32,000 bases of DNA, from positions 685,739 through 717,738 of the forward strand of contig NZ_CP134050.1 of the NCBI RefSeq assembly GCF_031583145.1, read 5' to 3'. Every line of letters begins with the position of its first letter. The first letter of the stretch is position 1. This document shows positions 1-9,518 of this stretch, piece after piece. The position numbers were made by a program, and so were the translations under genes. The notes below the pieces were generated by a model. That model made no database searches. It saw only the letters and a list, made by a program, of their open reading frames with translations, and was not told where the DNA came from. Source of the DNA: Brevibacillus brevis (GTDB lineage: Bacteria > Bacillota > Bacilli > Brevibacillales > Brevibacillaceae).

Positions 1-670
1 GCGGGATATCGAACTGGCGGCGGGCAATTTTTTTGCACAGGTCTTCCAGCTTGCGCAAAGGCTTGCTCAGGTAGCCGCTGAACCAGATGGCGAGCAGCCA
101 GCTGACCAGCAGGAGAAGGGCAAAAATGACCAGAAACTGGCGGGTCAGGATCCAGTTGATCTGGTTGAGCGCCTGTTCCCGGGTAAACAGCACGAGGTAG
201 TAGGGAAAGCCGTGGTAGTCCATCTTTTTGCTGACGAACAGGAAATCGCCGTGTTCGCGTTCCAGCGAGCCGTGCTGGATCTGTCCGTTCGGCCGGTTCG
301 CGGCCTGCCGAAAGAGACTCAGTCTGTCCCGGTGGGAGATGTGCTCGCTGCTGCGGCCGCCCAGGTAGGTGCCGTCTTCCGCGTAGATGATCATATCAAA
401 CGAATACTCGTAGCGGGACAGCAGCAGCTGGAGAAAGTAGGGCGCTGCCGCCGGGACCGGGAGCAACTCGCGGTTCTCGTTGAACGTAATGTGTTCCGAC
501 AGGGAGAGCAGCTCGTCCTCCAGCAGCTGGTACGTGTTGGAGACGAGGTATTGCTTGACGGCGTAGGGATAGCCGAAACCCAGGCCCAGGCCCAACACGC
601 CGGTCAAAAGCATGAACAGGATGAGAATCTGCCGGGAGAGAGGCAGGTCTTTCAGCCGGAATCGGATCAT
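1..670 (-). CDS. Sensor histidine kinase, N-terminal part (cut by window edge); start ATG overlaps the stop of the upstream response regulator gene
   Basis: Reverse-strand translation MIRFRLKDLPLSRQILILMLFMLLTGVLGLGLGF...; second hydrophobic segment QFLVIFALLLVSWLLAIWFSGYLSKPLRKLEDLCKKIARRQFDIP (TM2 followed by HAMP-like); 4-bp overlap with the response regulator. The + strand ORF 212-694 is antisense to this. Confidence 0.85.
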   Translation of the reverse strand, partial: MIRFRLKDLPLSRQILILFMLLTGVLGLGLGFGYPYAVKQYLVSNTYQLLEDELLSLSEHITFNENRELLPVPAAAPYFLQLLLSRYEYSFDMIIYAEDGTYLGGRSSEHISHRDRLSLFRQAANRPNGQIQHGSLEREHGDFLFVSKKMDYHGFPYYLVLFTREQALNQINWILTRQFLVIFALLLLVSWLLAIWFSGYLSKPLRKLEDLCKKIARRQFDIP

Positions 671-1374
671 GGGCGGTTCAGACGGTATCCGTAGCCGTAC
701 ACCGTCTCCAGCGGAAATTTGCTCATCTTTTTGCGAATGCGCTTGACCAGATCGTCAACGGCCCGATCGGAACCGATGTAGTCCTCTCCCCAGATCGATG
801 CGAGAATTTGCTCCCGGTTGAGCGCCATCCCCTGATTGTGCAAAAAGTAGATGATCAGCTCAAATTCCTTGGTAGTCAGTTCGATCAGCTTGTCGCCTTC
901 CTTTACCTGCCGCCCTTTTTCCGAGATCAGGTAAGGGCCGATGCTCACCCAGTCCTGGAAAGTTTGCCCCAAAGCCACAGCGGGAAGCGGGCTCGCTTTT
1001 TCATAGGTGCGCTGCAGCAGCTTTTTCGCCCGGATGACCAGTTCCCGGGGAAGAAACGGCTTTGCCAGATAATCGTCACTGCCCAGTTCCAACCCGATGA
1101 TCTTGTCGATGTCCTGATCGCGTGCCGAGATGAAGATAATCGGCACGTCGGACTTCCGGCGGATCAGGCGCAAGAGCTCATAGCCATCGATGTCGGGCAG
1201 CATGATGTCGAGAATCCACAAATGAGGCTGCTCCGCTTCGTCCAGCACCGCCGCGACTTCGCTTCCGGTCGCAAAGGATCGCACCTGCAGACCGGCGCTT
1301 TCCAGGTACGACTGAAGCAGCTGCCGAAGATTGGCTTCATCGTCCACCAGATAGACGAGGTAGGGAGTGTCCAT
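667..1374 (-). CDS. OmpR/PhoB-family response regulator
   Basis: MDTPYLVYLVDDEANLRQLL...WILDIMLPDIDGYELLRLIR...IFISARDQDIDKIIGLELGSDDYLAKPFLPRELVIR (receiver) plus winged-helix C-terminus ELTTKEFELIIYFLHNQGMALNREQILASIWGEDYIGSDRAVDDLVKRIRKKM...TVYGYGYRL. Confidence 0.95.
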   Translation of the reverse strand: MDTPYLVYLVDDEANLRQLLQSYLESAGLQVRSFATGSEVAAVLDEAEQPHLWILDIMLPDIDGYELLRLIRRKSDVPIIFISARDQDIDKIIGLELGSDDYLAKPFLPRELVIRAKKLLQRTYEKASPLPAVALGQTFQDWVSIGPYLISEKGRQVKEGDKLIELTTKEFELIIYFLHNQGMALNREQILASIWGEDYIGSDRAVDDLVKRIRKKMSKFPLETVYGYGYRLNRP

Positions 1375-1551
1375 GCGAGAATCCCTCACTTTGATCAGGT
1401 ATGCCTTCATTCTGTCATTCTTCCATTGTAGCACAGCGAGGAAGACGATATGTGGAAGGGAGGCAAGAGAATCGTGGAAAACATGTGGAAGCAGGATTCA
1501 CCCGGATGGTGGTGAAAAAAGAAGGGGAGAAAAACTGGAAGGAGCGATCCC

Positions 1552-2358
1552 ATGCAACGCCGTCTGAAAACGCCCCTGGTGCTGCTCACCACGTTGGCCC
1601 TGCTGTCCGCCTGCACCGGACAACCCGCAGAAAACGAACAACCACCCGCACCGGAACAGCCGCCCGCTCCGACCGTGGAAACGCCTGAGCCTGAAAAAGA
1701 ACCCGAATTCGCTTACACGGCGCCGCTGACAGGACTTGGCACCAACCAGCCGCCGGAACAGCGACCCGTCATGGTGATGATCAACAACGCGCCGCCTGCT
1801 CGCCCGCAGTCCGGTTTGAACCAGGCAGATCTGGTTTACGAAGTGCTGGCGGAGGGGGAAATGACCCGGTTTCTCGCCGTTTTTCAAAGCCAAAAGCCGG
1901 AAGTGATCGGCCCGGTTCGCAGCATCCGCCCGTATTTCATCGAGCTGGGCGTCGGTTTCGACGCGGTTCTGATCCACGCCGGAGGCAGCCCGGATGCCCT
2001 GGCCACCCTGTCCCGTTCCGACTACAGCCACGTGGACGAGATCCCCAACGGCAAGTACTTCTGGCGGGAGCAGTTCCGCAAGGCGCCGCATAATCTCTAT
2101 ACCAAACCGGAACTGATCTGGCAGGCGATCGACGACAAGGGCATGCGGAAGACATCGGAGCCGATTCGCTTTTCCTTTTTGCCCGAGGGCGCCGACATTG
2201 CGGAGGGAGAACCGGCGGCGACCATTGACATTACCTTTCATTCGCTGAACAAGGCTGCTTTTCGGTACGATCCCGAGCAGAACAAATACCTGCGTTTTAC
2301 CAATGGTGAGCCGCATCTCGACCTGGTGGACAACAGGCAAGAGGTTCTTGTTTTTTAG
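1552..2358 (+). pseudogene. DUF3048 (YerB-like) lipoprotein, C-terminally truncated
   Basis: Lipobox LLSAC; PLTGLGTNQPPEQRPVMVMINNAPPARPQSGLNQADLVYEVLAEGEMTRFLAVFQSQKPEVIGPVRSIRPYF is typical DUF3048. The protein stops at 268 aa right where the C-terminal subdomain should begin. Confidence 0.65.
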
Positions 2359-2479
2359 GGACGGACATGCGTTGCACGCCGATCGGTCCGCAGTCTGAAA
2401 CGGCCATCGGATGATGCATACTTTTGGATGCGCCGGTAAAGTTTATTTCCTGAATACGCTGTTTCAGGAGGAAACGATA

Positions 2480-2812
2480 ATGAATGACGACAATTACAAG
2501 CGATCGATCAAGCATTTGGAGGAACACCTGCCGGAAGTCGTGGAGCCTTATCACGCGTTGACCGGGACCTGTTTTCAGGCGGGGGAGATCGAGAAAAAGC
2601 AGAAGCACCTGATCGCGCTGGGGATCAGCATGAGCCATCGGGATGACAATTGTGTCCGCTATCATGTACAGGAAGCGATCCACGAAGGGGCGTCGGAAAG
2701 GGAAATCTGGGAAACCGTCGGCGTCACCATTGCGTTGAGCGGCGGCTTGGCAGTGTCCCAGTGTCTGTATTGGGTAACGGAAGCGTTGCAGCAAGGACCG
2801 GATCGCGGCTGA
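2480..2812 (+). CDS. Carboxymuconolactone decarboxylase (CMD/AhpD-like) family protein
   Basis: MNDDNYKRSIKHLEEHLPEVVEPYHALTGTCFQAGEIEKKQKHLIALGISMSHRDDNCVRYHVQEAIHEGASEREIWETVGVTIALSGG; RBS-like AGGAGGAAAC upstream. Confidence 0.8.
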   Translation: MNDDNYKRSIKHLEEHLPEVVEPYHALTGTCFQAGEIEKKQKHLIALGISMSHRDDNCVRYHVQEAIHEGASEREIWETVGVTIALSGGLAVSQCLYWVTEALQQGPDRG

Positions 2813-2847
2813 GAAGGCGGCGATCCGGAATGCTTGGGGATCGGTCC

Positions 2848-2968
2848 GAATGACCAGCTCCCGGGGAAAAAAGGACTTGGACAGATCATCGTCGCTTTCC
2901 GGTTCCAAACCGACGCCCCTGTCCAGCTCCCGGTTTCTTGCCGACACGAAAATGACCGGCGTCTGCGG
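2848..2968 (-). pseudogene. Fragment of a response-regulator receiver domain
   Basis: Minus strand reads TPVIFVSARNRELDRGVGLEPESDDDLSKSFFPRELVIR, aligning with the local regulator's VPIIFISARDQDIDKIIGLELGSDDYLAKPFLPRELVIR; no flanking domain remains. Confidence 0.75.
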
Positions 2969-3207
2969 ATTCCATGCCCGATTGCAGAAGGAGACTTTCG
3001 TAGAAAAATGGCGAAATGATGTGAAAAATATGTGATATTCCATCACCTGGCCAAGGTGTGTGTCAGGGGTGTCAACAGAAAAAATGAGAAGATCAAATGG
3101 CCGTTCTTCTTTTCCGGGGACGAGGGTATTTGGGTTTGCGGTAGAATAAAAGAGGATGGCAGCGAGGAATTCGAGCCGGCGAGATTTTTGGGAGAGAGGA
3201 TGGAAGC

Positions 3208-4425
3208 ATGGACAAGCTGTTGCTAAATGAACGAACCAGGATGATGTTTCTGGAGAGTCTGGGTCAGTGGAAGGAAGCGATTGAAGAATTGGAAGCAAAA
3301 GCAGAGGCGAAGCGCTGGGCAAAAATGCAGCATCCAATCTCGCTGGCTGATGCTCTTTCCAGGCTGACAAAAGAGGACTTGTCGAAAATCAGAACGACAT
3401 TGGATGTCAGGGGGGCCAGTTCCTTGCGAAAACAGGAACTGATTGACGTACTGGTACAGCAGATTCCCGCCAAACTGCCCCGCCTGTTGGGAAAGATGGA
3501 CGAATCACGCTACAAAATCCTGAAGCGCTTGGCAGAAGGGGGCGGAATCGGGTTTGTTTCGCTGACGCCAGATCAGTTGTCTTATTGGATTTCCAGGGGG
3601 CTGGTTTTTTCAGGGACGATTCAAGGGAAAAAGACCTTGGTCATTCCCCAGGAAGTTCTGGCGGCTTTCAGACAAGCGGACGGCGACCCGGCTGTGCAGG
3701 AAAAAGTGCGCCGAAATACAGAGTGGCTTAAGATTACCTATGGGTGCCTCTACTATTACGGAACATTGGGTCTGACTGAATTGCAAAGCCTTCTTAAGCA
3801 GCATGCCAAAGCAGAACCAGAATCGATCGAGTATCTTTTCGTACTATATGAAGCGGAGCAGTTTGAAAAAAACATTCGTATCGATTTGGATGGCACAACT
3901 TCCCACTCCGACGTCTGGGATCCAAAACGCGTGAAACAAGAACACCGGGCGAGACCGGATTTGTCGTTTCGCCCATTCAGCAAGACGCAATTGCTGCGTG
4001 CCGGGGAACCGGGTTATGTCGACCGGAATGCGCAATACCAGGCTTTTGTCCAGTTTCTCTGTAACCATTACGTAATCACGCGCGAAGAAGCAGACCAACT
4101 GGTGGAAGAATGTGTCTATGCCATCCAGAATGGCGAGGAACTGCAGGATACGCTTGGCATGTTTCAGCAAGAGATGGAGATCGACAGTGTGGATATGCTT
4201 CAGGAATTCATGAGGCATATTGTAGAGCTGCACAACCATACCAGACAATGGATTCTGAAGGGCCACACGCCAGATGAACTTTTTGCCGAGGAAAAAAAGG
4301 CCTTGCGTCCGCTTCCTGCTGCCAAGGCAGAGGTGGTCGATTTCGCGACGAGAAAAAAAGTGGGGAGAAATGACCCATGCCCCTGCGGAAGCGGCAAAAA
4401 GTTTAAAAAATGCTGTGGGCGATGA
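3208..4425 (+). CDS. SEC-C motif protein with an N-terminal Rho-N/SAP-like segment
   Basis: C-terminus [20 protein letters not shown] is a canonical SEC-C zinc motif; [33 protein letters not shown] resembles Rho-N/SAP helix-extended-helix. Confidence 0.8.
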   Translation: MDKLLLNERTRMMFLESLGQWKEAIEELEAKAEAKRWAKMQHPISLADALSRLTKEDLSKIRTTLDVRGASSLRKQELIDVLVQQIPAKLPRLLGKMDESRYKILKRLAEGGGIGFVSLTPDQLSYWISRGLVFSGTIQGKKTLVIPQEVLAAFRQADGDPAVQEKVRRNTEWLKITYGCLYYYGTLGLTELQSLLKQHAKAEPESIEYLFVLYEAEQFEKNIRIDLDGTTSHSDVWDPKRVKQEHRARPDLSFRPFSKTQLLRAGEPGYVDRNAQYQAFVQFLCNHYVITREEADQLVEECVYAIQNGEELQDTLGMFQQEMEIDSVDMLQEFMRHIVELHNHTRQWILKGHTPDELFAEEKKALRPLPAAKAEVVDFATRKKVGRNDPCPCGSGKKFKKCCGR

Positions 4426-4570
4426 AACTTGCCTGATCAAAGCCAGGGGCGTGAAAATAGATGAATACCTGTCAAACGAAGGCTTTCCTGTGATACAATC
4501 AGTGAATCCGGAAGTTCTGCCGGATGAAACGAGCTGAGTTGAGAAGCGAAGAAAAGAAAGGTGAGCGGAG

Positions 4571-5284
4571 ATGAGAAAGATGGAATCAAGCCATTCATGG
4601 GATTTGGACCGGATAGTATTCATCGGCAGGGTTTGGGATGAATACATGCAGATGTTTCATCTTGTCGAGGCGGATTTGGCAGGGCGCAGGATTCTCGACT
4701 GTCCTGCCGGTGCCTGTTCCTTTACGGCAGGCTGCAACGAACGGGGATTTGATGTGACGGCATGTGATATCGCTTACTACCACCCCGTCACAATTTTGGA
4801 ACAAAAAGGGCTTCAAGATTTGGAAACCACGATTTCGAATATGGAAAAGGCTGAGGTTCAAAAAAATTTCCGGTGGGATTCTTTCAAATCTGTCGACGAT
4901 TTGAAACAGGCGAGAAGGGCCGCATTGCGCGATTGTACCGCGGATATGAGACGAAATCCGAATCGGTATATTCCCGCTGTTCTGCCCATTCTGCCTTTCC
5001 GGGATGAAGCGTTCGACCTGACACTTTCGGCCCATTTCTTGTTCCTGTACGAAGATCAATTGGATTACGCCTTTCATGTGCAGGCGCTAAAGGAATTGAT
5101 CCGGGTGACAAAAGAAGAAATCAGGATATTTCCCACAACCAATTTTGCTTGTGAAAGATATGGATACCTGGATCAACTGATTGAGGAAATCCGTCGCCTG
5201 GGATGGACCGCCCAGGAAGTGAGGGTGCCTTACGAATTTCAAAAAAACACCAACCAAATGCTGGTGATCAGGAAAGAGAAATAG
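4571..5284 (+). CDS. Class I SAM-dependent methyltransferase-like protein
   Basis: RRILDCPAGACSFTAGCNERGFDVTACDIAY (motif I-like) and FRDEAFDLTLSAHFLFLYEDQLDYAFHVQALKELIRVTKEEIRIFP (post-II/III-like). Confidence 0.7.
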   Translation: MRKMESSHSWDLDRIVFIGRVWDEYMQMFHLVEADLAGRRILDCPAGACSFTAGCNERGFDVTACDIAYYHPVTILEQKGLQDLETTISNMEKAEVQKNFRWDSFKSVDDLKQARRAALRDCTADMRRNPNRYIPAVLPILPFRDEAFDLTLSAHFLFLYEDQLDYAFHVQALKELIRVTKEEIRIFPTTNFACERYGYLDQLIEEIRRLGWTAQEVRVPYEFQKNTNQMLVIRKEK

Positions 5285-5302
5285 CCGTATAGAGTTTCGA
5301 GT

Positions 5303-5335
5303 GACATCCCTGTTTGAAACAGGGGTGTCTTTTTT
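5303..5335 (+). terminator. Rho-independent terminator after the methyltransferase-like gene
   Basis: GACATCCCTGTTTgaaACAGGGGTGTC followed by T-tract. Confidence 0.8.
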
Positions 5336-6305
5336 GACTGTATCAGAAAGTATAAACTTCACGGCTCAGCTTCCTGATACAGCAAGAACAACCTTCAGCT
5401 AAAACGCGGACGTTCCTCCTCGAGAAGGCTTCGATAGAGGTTTTCTTAACGTATAAGAATTTATAAATTTTGAGGAACCGAAGGCTTCCCCTTTTTCAGT
5501 TTTTTCTGTTATGGTGAAGTCATGGAGACTAACATTTTGTGGCGAATCTTTTTCGATGAACATCAGAATTGGGCTGCTTTCGTAAGAAAACACAAGAAGA
5601 ACATTCGACCTGTTGTCATAAAAGAGGTTGAAAAGTTTCGAGATTGTGGTAACCCAAGGACAGGATTTAAGCTGTTTGTGTGCGAAGGATGTCATGATGT
5701 ACGCAGAGTTCCCTATCGGTGCAAGGGGAGATTTTGTACTACCTGTTCGGTTGGGGAGACGGAGGAGTGGAGTCGCCTTTTGGAGGAAGAGGTGTTTCAG
5801 GTACATCATCGTCATGTGATCCTGACGATTGACGAGGGGTTACGTGTCGTTTTCCTCAAGCATCGTGAATTGCTAAAAGTCTTTATGGATGAAGGGGCGC
5901 GGCTTGTAAAAGAGTATTTTGAGAAAAAACATAAAGTAACTCCTGGGATTATTGTCGGATTACATACATTTGGTTCGAAGATGAACTTTAATCCGCACCT
6001 TCACATGCTCGTCACCATGGGGGGAATGAAGAACAACGGGGAATGGAAAACGTATGATTTCATTCCGTTTGAAATGTTGCGCAAGCAGTGGCAAACCATT
6101 GTGTTGAAGTTGATCCGTCGAATGTTATCGGAAGAAGAAAAAAAGAAAATACAGCCACTTTTGCAAAAAGTACTCTGCCAATGGAGAAGGCTTCTATGTG
6201 TATGCCCCAAAACAAAAAGGGAACATCAAGGCGCAATTGGGGTATATTGGCCGTTTGTAACCGTCAAGTATCTTTGAACAAATTTCACTAATTTATATTC
6301 AACAA

Positions 6306-7061
6306 CTAGTAACTTCCAAATATGGTTTCACGGTGCCTGATCCGATAACTGTCTCCCGTCAGATGAATCACCTCACTTCGATGCAGGATGCGGTCCAGAA
6401 TAGCAGCGGTGACAGCGGGATCGCCAAGCAGATCTCCCCATTCTTCTGGTCCTTTGTTGGATGTGAGAATGATAGATGCTTGTCCGTATAGCTTGTTGAC
6501 CAACTGGAAAAACAAGTGCGCTTCCTGTCGATCCAGCGCCATGAACATCAGATCGTCCACAATCACCAGATCGGATCGCACGATCCGGTTCACCCGCAGT
6601 TGGGCGTTCCGAGAAATCTCTTGCGTTTTCAACAGCTGCAAGAGCTGATCCATGGTGGCGAAGCTGACGTTGTACCCTTGATTCAGCGCCTCAACGCCCA
6701 ATGCGATCGCCAGATGCGTTTTTCCTACGCCCGGCGGGCCGAGGAACAGCAGGTTGTAATGCTGTTCTAGCCAGATCAGTTCCCGAAGTTGTTGCAGCTG
6801 TCGTTTTCCGAGCGAGGGCTGTTGATCAACCCGGAATTCATCCAGGGTTTTCAGCTCCGGAAAAGCAGCACGTTTATATCGGCGGGCAAACTGCTTTTCT
6901 TCCCGTTTTTTCAATTCGTACGAAAGTACGCACTGCAAACACTGGCGGTAACTCCACTGTCGGGTTTCGGCTTCCATCAGAAGCTCGTCCAGTGCTTGAG
7001 CGGCGGCGGTTAACTGCAGTGCGCTGAATACGGACTTCAGTTCCATCGTCACTTCACTCAT
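6306..7061 (-). CDS. istB: IS21-family helper ATPase IstB
   Basis: NLLFLGPPGVGKTHLAIALGVEAL (Walker A), SDLVIVDDLMFM (Walker B), ILDRILHRSEVIHLTGDSYRIRHRE. Confidence 0.95.
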   Translation of the reverse strand: MSEVTMELKSVFSALQLTAAAQALDELLMEAETRQWSYRQCLQCVLSYELKKREEKQFARRYKRAAFPELKTLDEFRVDQQPSLGKRQLQQLRELIWLEQHYNLLFLGPPGVGKTHLAIALGVEALNQGYNVSFATMDQLLQLLKTQEISRNAQLRVNRIVRSDLVIVDDLMFMALDRQEAHLFFQLVNKLYGQASIILTSNKGPEEWGDLLGDPAVTAAILDRILHRSEVIHLTGDSYRIRHRETIFGSY

Positions 7062-8632
7062 CTCGATCCCTCCAGGATTGCTTGGTATACTTCAAACGGA
7101 CGAATTTGCGGCTTCATCTTCAACATCTGCCGCTGGGGCTCTTCCAACAATCGGATGTCTGTGGGAATGGTTGGTTCCGCGCCCGGTTTTCGTTCAGCGA
7201 AATGGTGCAGCGCGTCCACAAAATCCGTGGCCTGGTAGAGTTGATGTTTCAAACAATAGGCCAGCGCTTTCGCAAGTGCGTCCGCATCTGTGTCTTTGGC
7301 GTGCTTATCAATCCACTGTAACTGATCCCGAATGTAACGCGGTTTCCGTTCCCGGATCATCGTGAGATAGGATCGGGCTTGTCCCGGCTCGGGAAAACGG
7401 GCAGCTACGTGTTCGATGTAGGTGTCAATGCCTTTGGAACGATCTCGGGCATGGTTCGTGTTCTTGATCAGCTTCCCTTTACCGGAATGCAGCGGATGAC
7501 GAGCCAATTCATCACCGGTTTCCGAGTGAAACGCCAGCAACTGCTTCTCCGACGTTACTTTGATCTCCACGAAGGTGTCCGGACCGGTGTAGGTTCCAAG
7601 CGGCAGCGAGTATCGGTTCCCCTGAAAGACAACGGTATTGTCTTTTCGCACCCGTCTTGTTATACTGGGGGCAAATTCGGTTTGTATTTTTTCGGGAACC
7701 GGCAGGAGATGGAGCCGCTCTTCGGCGAACACCTCTGCCGGTATTTTTTTCGTAGAGTGATGCATCCGCCCATTTCCGGTTCGGTTCAACCAATCCATGC
7801 AGTCTTCGTTCCAGCGGTCGATGTGGGTAAAGATCCGATGACGCGCGAAGTTGTTTTTCACAAAACCGACGACGTTTTCCACTCGACCCTTACTTTCCGG
7901 ATCCTGCTTACGGCACATGCGAATCTGGAATCCACGCTGTCGGACGTAGGCGGCGAATTGGGCCGTGAGGATCAGATCTCCGTGGTTCTCGCTGACGAGC
8001 AGCAAATGATCCTGATCATAGACGATTTCGCGTGTCATTCCGCCGAAAAATGCGAAGGCGTTCTCGTGACAGCGAATAACATCTACTGTGATGAACGGCC
8101 GATCTTGCCATTCGACGTATTTGTGCCTGGAATGGGATAAAACGAACGCGATGCACCATAATCGTACGGGATGCCCATAAAGATCGCGGGTTTTCGTTTC
8201 GCCGAAATCCACTTGCATCTGCTGTCCCATGGGCGGATCTTCGACTGCCTCGTACTGGCGGATCGGTTTGCTTTTCGGCATGCCATGCTGCTCGCGCAAG
8301 CGCCGGACAAAGTTGCGCACGGTACTCTCGCAGACATTGGCATCCAAGCGTCGTTCCTTCAACCAGTCATGAATCTGAGCGGCTGAAAGATCGGGATATT
8401 CTCGCAACCACTGAACAACTTGGGGCTCAACCGGATCCAGTTTCTTTCTTCGCGTCTTCACCGATTCGATAAAGGCCTGCATCTCTTCCGGTGACATGTG
8501 CAAGTATTTGTACACGGTGTTTCGCGAGATCTTCAATTTACGAGCGATCTGTGAAACAGTAAGCCCCAACTGTTTCAGTTGATAGATTTCGATGTACATA
8601 GGCCACCTTTCCGCAAATTTCATTCTCCTCAC
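7058..8632 (-). CDS. istA: IS21-family transposase IstA
   Basis: N-terminal HTH MYIEIYQLKQLGLTVSQIARKLKISRNTVYKYLHM; DDE integrase core MQVDFGETKTRD...VYDQDHLLL...ESKGRVENVVGFVKNNF; 4-bp overlap with istB. Confidence 0.95.
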   Translation of the reverse strand: MRRMKFAERWPMYIEIYQLKQLGLTVSQIARKLKISRNTVYKYLHMSPEEMQAFIESVKTRRKKLDPVEPQVVQWLREYPDLSAAQIHDWLKERRLDANVCESTVRNFVRRLREQHGMPKSKPIRQYEAVEDPPMGQQMQVDFGETKTRDLYGHPVRLWCIAFVLSHSRHKYVEWQDRPFITVDVIRCHENAFAFFGGMTREIVYDQDHLLLVSENHGDLILTAQFAAYVRQRGFQIRMCRKQDPESKGRVENVVGFVKNNFARHRIFTHIDRWNEDCMDWLNRTGNGRMHHSTKKIPAEVFAEERLHLLPVPEKIQTEFAPSITRRVRKDNTVVFQGNRYSLPLGTYTGPDTFVEIKVTSEKQLLAFHSETGDELARHPLHSGKGKLIKNTNHARDRSKGIDTYIEHVAARFPEPGQARSYLTMIRERKPRYIRDQLQWIDKHAKDTDADALAKALAYCLKHQLYQATDFVDALHHFAERKPGAEPTIPTDIRLLEEPQRQMLKMKPQIRPFEVYQAILEGSR

Positions 8633-9198
8633 CCAAATCTAAAAAAAATTCCAGCACTATTATATCGGATGAGGGAAAAGTAGGGAATTTGTGTTGAGAG
8701 TTATTTCGTGTTTCTTGTTAATTTTAGTTTAGCGGTTACACCGTTATATTCGTCGACCTGCGATTGCGATCCGACGGATCGAGGAATATGACGGACAGTA
8801 TGTAACGTATCGTTACCATGACAAGACAGATGGACAAGAGAAGACAGAAACCATCACGGTCGAGGAGTTCATTGCACGATTAATACGGCATATTCCAGAT
8901 GAGGGCTTCAAGACGATTCGATACTACGGCGTTTATTCGCGCAGAATCAAAAGCCTTTGCAAAAAGGTTATTTCTGCATGGCAAAAAACCGTAAGAAAAT
9001 GGGTTGTGAAAGTAAAACAAGCTCTTCGTCGTAGGAACTGGAGAGAAAAGCTGATCCATCACACAGGTAAAGATCCTATGGTCTGCCCAAGATGCGAATG
9101 TTACTATGAATACAAGGGAGAAGTCTGCCTAAAAGATGGACAACTTACGATCGCGTTTGCTGCATGCGATCTTTCAAGGCGTTGTTTAGAAAGGATGA

Positions 9199-9489
9199 TT
9201 GAAGATCTCACAGGTGTCAAAAAAGAAAAAGGCAAAGAAAAACCACAAAGCACTACTCGAAAGTTTCCGAAGGAAACAAGAGAAGAACGAAGTCGTCAAA
9301 TATGTCTGTTTGACGTGTCATGAAATAGAGGAAATTCCATTGAGTGTAGTTCGTGATTTTGATGCAATGGATGATGGTGATCCATCTGTCCCCCCTCAAT
9401 TTGGTTGTGAGCACTGCGGAAATCCCATGTACCCTGAGTATTACAAAGGATTGCATGGATATGAGTACAAACTTTCGGATATCCTCTAA
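9199..9489 (+). CDS. Small putative zinc-ribbon protein overlapping the 3' end of the IS91-like transposase
   Basis: Paired cysteines CLTC...CEHCG (YVCLTCHEIEEIPLSVVRDFDAMDDGDPSVPPQFGCEHCGNPMYPEYYKG); terminator directly downstream. Confidence 0.5.
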   Translation: MKISQVSKKKKAKKNHKALLESFRRKQEKNEVVKYVCLTCHEIEEIPLSVVRDFDAMDDGDPSVPPQFGCEHCGNPMYPEYYKGLHGYEYKLSDIL

Positions 9490-9499
9490 CGCAAAAAGG

Positions 9500-9518
9500 C
9501 CCGGAGCTTCGCTCCGGG
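9500..9518 (+). terminator. Rho-independent terminator
   Basis: CCCGGAGC-ttc-GCTCCGGG followed by TTTTCTT and preceded by AAAAA. Confidence 0.8.

Larger units (their letters stand above)
6256..8740 (-). mobile_element. Complete IS21-family insertion sequence inside the IS91-like transposase gene
   Basis: Ends TGTAACCG...CGGTTACA (TGT/ACA, first 8 bp inverted); 5-bp direct repeat CCGTT at 6251-6255 and 8741-8745; istA and istB inside; the interrupted reading frame joins exactly (GYIGR / RYIRRPA). Confidence 0.95.
5522..9323 (+). pseudogene. IS91-like family transposase, disrupted by IS21 insertion and by a frameshift near 6170
   Basis: N-terminal half 5522-6255 (CEGCHDVRRVPYRCKGRFCTTCSVGETEEW... 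FNPHLHMLVTMGG). A +1 shift near 6170 gives KYSANGEGFYVYAPKQKGNIKAQLGYIGR. The C-terminal half resumes at 8741 as RYIRRPAIAIRRIEEYDGQYVTYRYHDKTDG...CPRCECYY. Confidence 0.9.

Noticed and set aside
1498-2340. 280-aa minus-strand ORF opposite the DUF3048 gene
   Set aside because: The plus strand shows lipobox and DUF3048 signatures; antisense product is low-complexity Arg/Gly-rich.
2297-3370. 357-aa minus-strand ORF as a single gene
   Set aside because: Only the short receiver-domain shard is meaningful. The rest runs antisense to the CMD-family gene and into the start of the SEC-C gene.
4274-4537. 87-aa plus-strand ORF overlapping the end of the SEC-C gene
   Set aside because: Overlaps the SEC-C motif coding region in another frame and has no recognisable feature.
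6160-6180. Programmed ribosomal frameshift in the IS91-like transposase
   Set aside because: This family is not known to use it, there is no obvious downstream pseudoknot or classic slippery heptamer, and the element is already disrupted; decay or homopolymer error is simpler.
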